NCBI GenBank assembly: GCA_965153455.1
Contig: OZ234493.1
Location: 26,278,213-26,342,212 of the forward strand
DNA length: 64,000 nt
Reading direction: 5' to 3'
Source of the DNA: Sphagnum compactum
Lineage: Eukaryota
Under the pieces are notes generated by a model. The model worked only from the letters and a program-made list of their open reading frames with translations. It searched no databases and was not told the origin of the DNA. This document shows positions 1 to 11,977 of this stretch, piece after piece (position 1 is the first letter of the stretch; each line of letters begins with the position of its first letter). The position numbers were made by a program, and so were the translations under genes.

Positions 1-1104
1 TAATTCTTTGATAGTTATTATTGCTAGCATTCCTAATGCTGTTGTCAATTTCAGCACCCAAGCATAGAAACCATCAATTTTGGGGTGTCAAGGCATTTCA
101 ACATCTCTCTTTTTGTCTTATAAGATTTCAGCACAGGAGCCTAAAATTTCTAGGCAAATTTCAATCCAGGCCCTAAGTTGGTGTCAAGTGCTCTGTCTTT
201 GCCAATACATGTGACACATGTGAACATAGTAATGAGGATGAAACGAGATTTAAGGGATTAATTTGTGGATGTCGAGATTATGGAAATGATGGCCAAGTGC
301 CTAAGTGAAGGAGTTTGTAGATGGATATCATTATATCTATAGCTTGTACTCTTCAAATAACCTTTTAAAAGGTTTCATTATATTTCAACTGTTTACATAT
401 TCAATTGAAATATAACTTATTGAATTTTTCAGAAAATTTCATTATTTCGCAAAATAAATGCAGAATTATTCTGAAAATTCAACATATCAAGAGAAAATTC
501 CCAATTTTTTCAAAAATTAAAATTTGAATTAATATGGGTTGAATTTAACATCAATGTCGGGTATGATAAGGGTGGAAAAACGTACAACATGTGGAATCCT
601 AGACCCTAGGGCCTTCTCCAACAGACTTGTAGGACCACAATAAACATTGGAAAAGAATAAAGAAAAGACATAGCAACTAAGGTAGATGTGCAAATAATTG
701 TCAAAAATAAACAAATTGATTACATCGAAGTCCAAACTAGGGTATATACAATATAGTACATACATTTGCATTTACACGCCCCAAAACATTTACATGAGGC
801 CATGTAAATGTAAGCATTAAAAAAAATTATACATGACAATAATAGAAGTGGTGTAAAAAGTTTGGATTTACACACCATACATATGGCTATTGACATTTAC
901 ACACACAACATTGGCCTAGACAATTGATTTCACATGGATTTATTTTTCTTTGAATGAAATAAGGTTTTGGAACACTAAGCAAAATGTTCAAGAAATGTGT
1001 ATTTTCTCACAAAACCTAAAAACTCCAAAGAAATTGAACCCTCATCCATTTAGCCATAAACCAAGTCTTAATTAATTAACATACCTTCAATTTATGATAA
1101 TTTA

Positions 1105-1640
1105 GAACAGTTCATTTCTTGTGCTGATGGTGGGGAATGGATTGCATCCCACGATAGTACATTGTTCAAGATGCTTTCATCTCCATTGCAAGAGATGTGA
1201 GGTTTTATGTTTCTTGTGAACAAACTCATGTCCTTTTATCACCCTCCTTTCAATCTTCTCATTGACATGTTGAGATCATGTTATTGACTAATGGCATTTG
1301 CATTTTCATCAATATTTTGCCATTATTAATCCCACTTGAACAAATTTGGTTTCTTGTGTTGCTTCATTTTGTAAAGTGATTACGATGGTGCTAGGTAATG
1401 CAAAGGAAGGACTTTTTCACGGTCGGCACCCAATAAATTTTTTCCTCCCCTTGCCATAAAGGTTTTTGGTTTCCTACAACAAGTGGATAATGTTTTTTCA
1501 CTAATGTGATAATATGGCATGGTTAGCAAAGGGCATTGGTGGCCTTCTTCTAGTTGTTTTGCACAATTTTTATAGTTATAGAGTGTTGATAGCGTTGTAG
1601 GAAGCACATGACACCTCTATTTTGAGGCATGTTCTCCTTG
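1105..1640 (+). mobile_element. Decayed CRE-like non-LTR retrotransposon, C-terminal Zn-knuckle + restriction-like endonuclease (RLE) region
   Basis: Frameshifted translation gives CADGGEWIASHD..VQDAFISIARD..EQTHVL..AKEGLFHGRHP..FLPLAIKVFG..NMAWLAKG..YRVLIAL*EAH, which follows the CCHC / PD-(D/E)xK / PLAxEVFG layout of RLE-clade elements. Many stops and frameshifts. Confidence 0.7.
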
Positions 1641-3129
1641 TGAATGAAGGTTCTTTCTAGGCTTACTTATTTTTTAAACTTTTCATCCCATTTTTTTCTA
1701 ATATGTTCCTTATAATTGGTAGGGGGCTTTGGAACATGATTTATTCTATGCCCCATTGTGACCCACTTTGGGGCTTGCTTTTTTGTTCTAACTTGGGTCC
1801 TTTCTCTTTGTTCCTTCTATTCCCCCTTTGTTGGGTGTAAATTTCTTTAACGAAATTTGCCAAGGTTTCATCAATTTTAATCATGCATTTGTGTTTTTTC
1901 AAATTTTCATGCAATTTGTATTCCCTTAGTTGATTGGTGGATCAATTGCAAGTTAACAAAATGGTATCAACTTTTTTGAATACTTGTTGAACCTTATTTT
2001 GAACTTTCTTGAAGTACTTTGGGCACATGGATTTTGAAACAAAAATGTCAACATTTTGATATATTTATGAACTTCCCTATTTTGGTTCATCATGAAGGTC
2101 TTTTTTATGCATCTTTTTCCATAAAGCTTGAATTGACATTAATAATGTACATTAGGATAAAACACTCAAGATTACAACTTGTCCTTGCAACTATTATATT
2201 CACCACTCAGAATTGGTAGAAATTGTCAAAATATAACACATATTTAATTAATTTGGACTTTACAAAAGTCCAAAAATACCAACATGAAATTTACAACATT
2301 CCATCAATAGGTCTTTCACACAACCTAGTGACCACATGGTGTTAAATAGAATTTAAAAAAAAACTTGCAAAATTAAATAAATGCAACTTACAAAGATCCT
2401 AAAAAAATGAAATCTTGACAAGTTTTGCTGGCCCACAAGTTATAATTGGGAAACTTCAAGTTTAACACTTTGCATAATAAACAAATTTAAGCAAATCCCA
2501 TAATTATAAATATAACCTTTATTGAATATATCCAAATATACAAATTGACTAGCCATTAGGTTGTTAAAAACAAAAGAAATTGCCAAAAATCTATATACAA
2601 AGTTTCAAAATGACATATTAAACGCTATCACTAATTTGAAAATGACAAGGATGTTATCTACAATTTGTAAGCACTATGCAAGAAAATCGATCAAAACCTT
2701 GAACCAAATGAAGTCAATAATTATTCCATTAAAGTATTTGAACTTTTGTGTTATCATTGTCAAATATCTAATTACATCAACACCATCTCAAAAAAATAAT
2801 CGTAATGGCCAACACCACTTTCTACCATTTAGAGCTACAAATGACATCAAATAGTTTATGAATAAGAATCCAATACAACTTCACACAAAAATCAATACTA
2901 AGACATGAAAAAACAACAACATTATAATTGATTTTAAAGTTCAAAAATAAAATTTGAAAACAAATGAAATGATTCAAAATGCATACCTAGAGGTGGCTAT
3001 GCATTGCAAACATCAAAATTGTCATTGTCCATATACTGCAAAAACCAAGAATAATTTCACAAAGTAGAACTCAAACATGGCTTAGAATCTTTCATCATGA
3101 TGTCGTGATGATTACGAACTATGGTTGCC

Positions 3130-3650
3130 ATCACCAATCCCATCAAAGTTGGCCACAAACAAGATGCAAGGTCCAACCATTGCATCTTATTCCTTGACAT
3201 AAATTAACCCATGAAGGATTTGAGGAAAAGGCCATTGCAATTTGGATTCTGCAACCCCAAGTTACTAGGTTCATCATCAATGAGTAAGGTTTGATCTTCT
3301 GTCCCAAAGGGAAGACCATGACAAGCATAATAAACTTGTTTCAAATCCTTTATATAATAATAGGACCTGGGTGTAATTTGTCCAAAAGTTTGTGAGCATT
3401 GTTCACATCCCCAAATAAAAATAAATTGATCCAAAAAAATTTCTAGTATTAACACTCGAAAAACTTCCAACACATCCTCAAATTTCATACAAAATTCATT
3501 TCCCATGTAAAAGTAATTGAATGTCATGGAGAGAAAATGTTCCACTTCGACTTTAGCTTCCACATTGCTCCCATCAATATTTCTTCCAAACATTTGTGCA
3601 TTTCCACGTCGAATAGTTGAATACAAAAAATAACACAACCAAGGTTTTCA
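3130..3650 (-). pseudogene. Decayed NIF/FCP1-like (HAD) phosphatase domain fragment
   Basis: ORF 3204-3638: VEHFL..FIFIWGCEQC..YIKDLKQVY..DQTLLIDDEPS..QNP matches the NIF-domain pattern (FxWxxxxC, KDL, NTLLIDD.P.K...NP). The N-terminal DxD motif is not intact and the frame is disrupted. Confidence 0.6.
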
Positions 3651-6600
3651 CTACGTTTGTGTGTCCATCAGAATGCATCAAAAGCATTTAAATGCAAACA
3701 CATTCCTGCATCACATCAATATAGGGTCAACCTAGGTCAAAATGAAATTAAGCTGCTCAAAAAACAATTAGAAGCAACCCAAAATAATGTCATTTGGTTG
3801 TTGTAAACCTTGTGGCAACCAAAACAAAAAAATTGGTCACCAATTTTCAGTTGCCATAGTCAACGACCAAAATTTTTCAATTGCCCAGGTTGGCGACTAA
3901 AAATTGACAACCAAAAACTTTGGGCAGTGACTAACATTCTTTGGGTAGTGAAATATATTTTTTCAATCATCAAATGAATGGACATTATCAATTGAATGAC
4001 TAAACATTTTCAAGCAAATTTCAAAAAAACTTTGGGCTGCGTGGACAAAATTTAGTTGTCACAGTTAATGACCACAATTTTTTAATCCCTTAGTGTGGTG
4101 ATTGAAAGTGACAAAAAAAGTTTGGTTGCCCATGTTGGTGACCAAAAACTAACCACAAATTTTTTCAAATAACAACTGTAAATTTCAAAGTAGAAACAAA
4201 AACATTTTAATCATCAAATCAATGGCCACTATTGATTGAATGACTAAATGTTTTTGGGTAGCTCCCAAATAATTTGTGGGCAAAATGATTGTTTTTGGTC
4301 ACTAATTATGGTGATTGAAAGTTGATGATCAAAAAAATTCAATTGGCTAGTTCAATGATAAGAAAATTCAAAATTCAATCTCCAACGTTGTGGCGACCGA
4401 ATTTGTTTTCAATCACATGTATAATGAAGGCAAGGTTGTTAAAACCAATGTGGCGCGCCCATTTTGTGTCAAGTGTCATGTTGACGTTCATCTTGACACG
4501 TTTGTCGTGTTTGTCGGGACGGACACAAGAAAATCCTTGGTCACATTCAAGCTACCCCCATTACGATTGGTGACCAAAAATGGATTTTGGTTGGCAATAC
4601 TGTTGCGATTGAAAACTTTTAATCTTCACATGATTGGCACATAGTGTTGTCATATGAAGGAAACAACAATTTTTACCTTTTTCATAATTCGTTTAGGCCA
4701 TGTTGCTTTTTCCCAATCTTCCAATAATAAGTCTAGATAGTGAACAACACAACCTTGAAAATAAAGACTTGGAAATGATGGATTAAAGGGTTAGCTACAC
4801 TTTTCATGTTCGAAGCATTGTTTGTACAAATTTGTACAATGTTGTTGATCCAATGGTTTTGATGTATCTAGTTAATGCATTACATATGTAATGGGCGTCC
4901 TTCCGTTCCTTATTTGTGTCAATGGAACCTATGAATACATTGTCACTTGGACAAATAAACATTACATTCAACAATGGACGCCGTGCAATGTTGTTCCAAC
5001 CATTAGAATAAATGGTTGCTTCATATTTGTGAATTGAATTTTGCGTCCTTTCAATTACCTATTTGGACACATCCACCTTGGATTGTTTTAACAAATTTGT
5101 GCACAATCCATGGTATGACGAGGGTTTGTAGTAGGTTCGAGATTTGGAAGTTGCTTTCATAGTTTTTACGAACGTTGAGTGTCACACAACATTGAAGGGG
5201 ATGTTTGCCTCATAAGAGAAAGTCACCCACTTCTTGTCCAAATCTTGTTTTTTGGCTGAATTTAATCCCTCAGGCAATGAATTGTCGAAAGGTTCAAATG
5301 TTGTTATTTATGGATTTGTTAGGACCCTTTGTATTGTTTGTAGGGGGGTGAAATTTTGAACCCCTTCCATTTGAAACATCAAAGCAAATTCTCCTTCCAT
5401 TAAAGGATTCAATGTTTTGAGGGCCACATCCTTTGTTCACCCATTTGGGATATGGGCTGGTACTTCCATGTCATTTAGTGGTGGAGGGACAAGTCCACCA
5501 CATTGGGCAAATAATGCCTTCACCTATGGATGTGCCTTTGAATAGACTGCAATTCAAGCTCACTTATTGCCATCATATTGATAGCCCAAATGGAAGAGCA
5601 TTCTATCCTTGTGGTATGAAATAACATTGTTATAAAACTTGCATTCCACCTTCCCTGGCTTGTCCTATGGCATCAAATACTATGGATTCCACACATTTTG
5701 CTTTCCCTCCATTGATAAAACACTATACACAAGAATAATAGGCTTGATTAATTTAATTAAACTATTCAACAATAAAATCAGACTCTACTTTTAAGGCTAC
5801 AATAGAAATTTAGCATCAATTACAAATGCAAAATGACAATTTGAAATTTAAACACCCATAAAGGTTTCACCCTTCCTTCCTAAGGTATATGGTAATGGTT
5901 ATGTTAAACAACACAAGGCCCACACACCTCAAAGGAAAAAGTGAGTATTGACATGCAAGGTCTACATTTTATTACCAAGTAGACCAAATGGGTATGTCCG
6001 TGATAAGCCAAATCTAATTCCTTTGTCTTTTTCAAAAGGGCAACGACTTGAAATTAGAAATTGACATGGCATGCAACCATTGCACAAAATTTGTGGTATA
6101 ATCACATATTTGACTTTTACAATATGTTTTTATAATAATTCTTTTTTTTGAATTTTATAACTTATCTTTATATTTATTCAAAAATAATTGGAAAGAATAT
6201 TACAAATTTTGAATTTAAATTTTATTTATATATCAATTCCAATGATGATCCAAAACCATGTAAAGTTTAATAATTATTCAATCTACATGAATATGGAAAT
6301 TTTCCAAACAAATCTAGATTAATTTTGATAATTTTTACGTGACTTATTTAAGACCTTAGGACTAATTACAAGTGTTTAATTAGTCCTTTTTCACCCTCAA
6401 ATGTTGATATAATTGACTCATATTTTTATGTGTCATTCTTGAATGTATATTACATCACATTATGTAGATTACATGAAAAACATTCAATCTTTAGTGAAGT
6501 TAAGAATTGACAAGTGTGTTATTTAGGAGTGGTTAGACTTGTAGTGATTCATTATATTGTAAACTTACCCAAATTTTGTCACCAAATCAATGGTGGAAAT

Positions 6601-7780
6601 CAATCCACTATCAATCAGACAACCCAGATCCAAAGACATGCAAAGATTACAAAAAAATTTAGTTGCCACACGATTGGTGACGAAACGCTTTTGATCATTG
6701 CAAATTTGGCAATAAAAAACATTTTTTTTCCAATTGTGTGGCAATTGAATTTTTTTAGTTGTCACATGATTGGTGACGAAAAAATTTTACCGCAAGCTTG
6801 GCAATTGAAACTTTTCAGTCATTGGCTTAGCGACCAAATATTTTTGATCGCTGTAAGTTTTATGGTGATTGAAATGGGCCTAATTTTGGTCGCTCATAAG
6901 GTGTGGATGAACTCAAATGAGCCAAAATTGATGTCAAATTGTTAACTTTTATACAATTCTTGTTACATTTGTTTATATAGCCACTTTAATGGCATGTGAA
7001 TCATGAAAAATTGTGCTTATTAAATAATATGGATATTGAAAAATCTAAAATGAAATTAAACAAAATTCCAATATCAAATTTTGGTTTGAATAAAGGATGT
7101 TTATCATCTTCATTCAATGACATTACTTTCATAAAGGGCCTTTTAATTTTCATCCTTAATTTTTTTATAGTAATAAGGTAATATTAAACACATTTTTTAA
7201 AAATTCAAATTTTCATAATTTTTCGATTTTGTGTTTATAAAAAATTTAGGTTTAAAAAAAGTTCATGAATCTTTTTCAACATGTAAATGTGATGCAATGT
7301 ATATGTTGTTTAAAGAAAACTTGTAGCTTATAACATAAAAAATAAAACTTGAAAGTGTTAACATGTTTTGGTATGATTTGAAATTATGACAATTTTTCAA
7401 AACGAAACACAAAATTTGGCAAATTTGTGCACTTTCAAAAATTCGTATTTCTCCAAATTTGATTATCAAAAAACATATGACATATTGGGGCGACTATGAA
7501 TAGAATATATAAAAAATTTCAAAACATTTCATTTGAAAATTCCTCTTGAATAAAACATGTTTTTTGGGAAAAGGACCCCAAAAAGGACAATAGTTTTAAA
7601 TGCAAAGCAAACACACTGGTTTGGTTTGTTATATGTTGTTTGGACCCCATGAGAGTGCCCCGAGCAGCCTAGAGTCCTTTTGACCTAGGTTAACTTTATA
7701 CTGACGTGACATGGGGGTGTGTCTATGTTGAAATTCATTTGGTGCATTGTGACAAACACACAAACATTATGACAACCTTG
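3640..7780. mobile_element. Putative decayed ~4.1-kb DNA transposon bounded by ~120-bp inverted repeats, with internal hAT transposase relic
   Basis: The reverse complement of 3640-3760 (gagcagc..ttttgacctaggttgaccctatattgatgtga..acacacaaacgtagtgaaaaccttg) aligns to 7661-7780 (gagcagc..ttttgacctaggttaactttatactgacgtga..acacacaaacattatgacaaccttg). Arrays of degenerate ggcgacc/ggtcgcc-type motifs lie at ~3810-4630 and ~6570-6900. Confidence 0.5.
4680..5710 (-). mobile_element. hAT transposase relic (DUF659/RNase H-like region)
   Basis: Minus-strand translation SNGWNNIARRPLLNVMFICPSDNVFIGSIDT..NIVQICTNNASNMK..GCVVHYLDLLLEDW corresponds to the hAT/DUF659 motifs DGW, VTDNA and CAAHxLDL. Frameshifted. 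Confidence 0.8.
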
Positions 7781-10700
7781 AACGGAGACAATTCAAATGT
7801 AATGAAAAACTTTCATGCATCAATCTTAATAGACATGACCGATGCACTAGGAAGACATTGATGTGACACCAAACACAAAATGATTGTGTCATGTTGATTT
7901 TGACAACTTTGAACACAACACACCATTGATGCTAAAAATTAACAAATTTTTGGGTCTAGTAGTTTGCAAACGTAATGTGAACTCATTGAAATGCATTTCG
8001 AAACCTTGACTTATAGAAACAACAAGATGTGTCAATGAAACAATGGATGTGGTTCGTGTATTATTTTCAAAATTATAAATTGACCAACAAATAATAAAAC
8101 TTTTTCAAATTGAGAAAAAGAACGCCTTATGGCCACTAGGTGATTCATTGAAAATAACAAGAAGGCAAAGACTTACACAATTGAAATTATGAAATGATTA
8201 AATAAAGGGAGAAGAGACCTCGTGGGGCAATAAGGAAAAAACTTTATTAAACTACATTAATAAGGAAAATTCATTGTGAAGAAAAATGCATGGCAGTTTT
8301 ATGTTGGTTGTAATTGCAATTTGAAGATATTATTTTGAAAAATCAATTAAAAGTTATTATAGTAAGAAAAATAGTCTATATATGATATCTTTTTTTCAAT
8401 TTTGCATTTGTACAATATGTTGGTTCACAAGATCAAAGAACATTTTGTAGTAAGGATCGCTACGACTTATACTTTTGATTGTCCCAAAAGGATTGTGCCT
8501 AACGTAAGTTCGAAGACTAAATCTAAATGAATCAAGTGACAACAAGGAAAAAATAATATAATTTGGTCATCCATTGTCGTAACAAGTGTTAGGACCAAGT
8601 GTTGTAGTGAAAAATCAACAACTATCATTATTATTATTTTTGGTTGATGTGATTTGGATACATGGGAAGAAGACCTTATTCTTTTTAGTGTGTCAATGTA
8701 GACTTTTGATGCTAATGGATCGATGCTATGTTGATATTGCAAAAGAAATTGGGTCCAAGCATGGTAAATTATATTGCAAATGTTCCTTGCAACATAAGTA
8801 AAAAGTAACCTTCAAATAGGCTTTGATATGTTGAACTTAAAAATACTATTTAGTTCAAAAAGTTATATGAGCATTTTTTTCAACTTTGTTAAAACTTTAA
8901 ATAAAGACAAGTTTAAAATAGGTTTAAATAAATTATTGAAAATTCAAGCAAAAGTTCACAATCTTCTTTATAACTTTTAAGTAAGTTGTAAGTAAATGAA
9001 ATATTACCTCTTTTAAATTTTTGGATTAATGGGGTCCTAAAATGAATTTGTGGCCTTTCATCTTTTTGACATTTTAATCAAAATATATTTAGCTTGTAGG
9101 CTAAAAGTAGGTTTGAAAACAAATTTGCTAGTCAATTTCAAATATGCTTATTAGTTTCTTTTATTATACTAAAGTTTTTCAAATTTCATAATCAATTTAC
9201 TATAAAATTAATGGAGGCATAGATGTTTTCAAAATGAAACAAAAAATGTTTTTCAATCTACTTTCTTGTGTTTTTATTAAAAACTGTCATATTTTTAAAT
9301 GGGGTTTAAACAAACATACTTTTTGGTCTAATTTACCATGCTTGGACCAAATTGGACAGAGAGATAATTGAGCGCATTCATGTTGCTCCCCTTAAAGTAA
9401 CAATAATTTTTTCTCAACAAGACACCATACATCTTGTTACTTGAAATGTATTTTGGTACCCAATTGATGAAATTTGTACGCACAAAAATTGGTGTTATTG
9501 AGGATGAATTTTGCTTGTGGAATGACTATATTGGGTAATATTGTTGGAGTCAATAGTCCTTAGTGGATCTTTGTGTGCACGGTACATTTGCACCTTATAA
9601 TCTGTTTTCCATTGTAGAGCACGTACATGAACTGATGGGCTAAAGAAGTTCTGTACCTGAGTACATGGCATCCAGATATTTCAGGATTGGCATGTATGGT
9701 TCATTGTGTGCACGGTGTGTGGACACATAGGAACAAACTTCCACCAAGTTAATCTGGAGTGTATTTTTGGATTGGACATGCTTTGAAAGCACCAAGTAGG
9801 TTTTCTAAATACCAATTTATATGAATTCCAATTTCATTCTCTTCAATAGGAGACAAATGGGATTGGGTGATCAATGTCTTCATGGTCTAACGAGGGTTTT
9901 GTTCTATAGTGTTCTATTGATTTGAAGGAGAACATTGTCTTACATGTTGGTGGAGGGTAAATTGCTATTCCATTCTTACAATGTGACAATCTGCATCACT
10001 TTGCTATGTAACAAAACAAAGTGGTTTCTCTTCATTTTGAGATGACTGAACAGTTTTTTAGGCTTTTGTTCCACATGTCTTCCACCCTTAATCTGTGAGA
10101 GGCTTGCTTGTGCTCAAACCCTGCAGGTCTTCAAAAATAATCTCCAAACTGCTAATTTACACACTGATTTCTAACAAAATGGCATGAAAAATCTACAAAA
10201 AACCTATGAAAAAATCTTTTTTAAACCCTCAAATTGTAGTAGTGAATGGACACTCTTCTGATGCAAGGTCCTTAAGAATCAGTGTTCTTACCAATGTACT
10301 CTTCATTAGCTCAAGCAAGTGACAAGTTCAAATGTATGTCCTTCAGTTTGAGTTGATGTCCATAAGAGTTTGAGATGTGATCCAGAAGAAAAAATGTCCA
10401 CACTCACATTCCATAAGAAATTTATAATGTTTACATTGACATTGCATAAGAATTAATGACTACACTGGCCAACTTGATTTACTACATTTGCAGAATGCAT
10501 GTAAACTTGGTGAACCTAAATGCCTATTGAGAATTTGGTTAATTAGGAAGAAAAAAACTCAAATTCTGGGCATCATGCTTGATCATTTGTGCCCTAGGGA
10601 GGACCTAAATTGATGTCTGTAGTTTTGTTTTAGTTCTGTGCACATGAAGCAGTAACATATGTGCCGAGAAAACTTGGAGACAGTGGGGGGAAATAATGAG

Positions 10701-11977
10701 ATCTCATGTTGAAAACAACCCATTTAAAGGACGAGTTTGAGATTTTGTGATCTTGTACAAGAGGGACTATTTAGGGGATAAATTATTTGTTCATATGGAG
10801 CATTCATTTGCAATGTGTTTTATCTATAAGAACTTAGAACTTAGAAGTGAGGAAATCCATAACACATTCTTATGCAACTGTTTGTTTTATAGCAATGAAA
10901 AATAGAAATAAAAACCTGAAACCGGCCACAAAACTGCTGAGAAAACCAGGCCAAGAGTTGGCTAGAACCAGCATCAAAACCCTTGGGTTCTTCGTTCCTA
11001 GGAGTTATGAAACTGTTAAACTGAAAACCAGGAAAAAAAACAAGAAAAAGAGAAACTGGAACCAAGGGTTTCAATTTTGTGAGAAAAATTAAAACACCTG
11101 AACCAAAGGTTTGGATTAAAAGCTAAAACAGGCCAACACTGGTTGTTACCAGACCAACACTGGATTAGACACTGATATAAGAAATAATGCAGGACTTTAT
11201 TCACTTGAATACAATCTTTTTTTGCAATGATGATGTGTGTCACTGAACCATCTCACAAATACCCACCTAAATCACCCTAGAAGTACCCTCTCTGGCCTTC
11301 ATAAAGTACATTCCATGATGGTGTATCCAAATCGTCTCCTTTGGGTCTCCAATCCCCATCACCAGTGAGAATTGTGGGATAGAGTGTCTTGTCCCACAGC
11401 TGGGCTGCCTACTGCAATACATGTAAAGCTAACTATTCAGACCTGTTCTGAAAGTGTGGTCAACTGTACCTACAAGGAAGGCAGCTCTTTTCTACTTGAG
11501 TTAACAAGTGCAGTCAGCAATTTGCTGGCCTGAAGGATGCAGATTTGGATAATTATTGCTGAGCACAGTCTCATCATGGGGCAGGATTCTAGCTTTCAGA
11601 CACGGAATCAAATTTAGAACTAGATCTAGAGTGTGGGTGATTGAGACTTGGTGTACAATCAATTCTTCACACGTCCATTCGTGGATAGATTGAACATTGT
11701 GCAGCTTTGAGGGAGTAATTGGCTTGCAAAAGCCGGGCAATATTATTACTATATTGGTCTTCAAGTAGCCTACCTCCCACCAACTTCTTGGCCGAATGAT
11801 AGTTTACCTCCACAAATTAAACTCGCGACGTCCTTAGTTGAGAGTCTCAAGCAGCGTTATGACACACCTGGGTGAATCTTTGAATTGCTGTTTTACTTGG
11901 CGAAAAGCATTGATCATCCTGCCGGTAATTCTACAACTTAATTTTGGTCTTGGCACCCTCAAATTTCAGTCATTAGT

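Noticed and set aside
3810..4630. CRISPR-like array
   Set aside because: Units are degenerate and irregularly spaced, the context is eukaryotic and there are no cas genes. It is a TE-type minisatellite.
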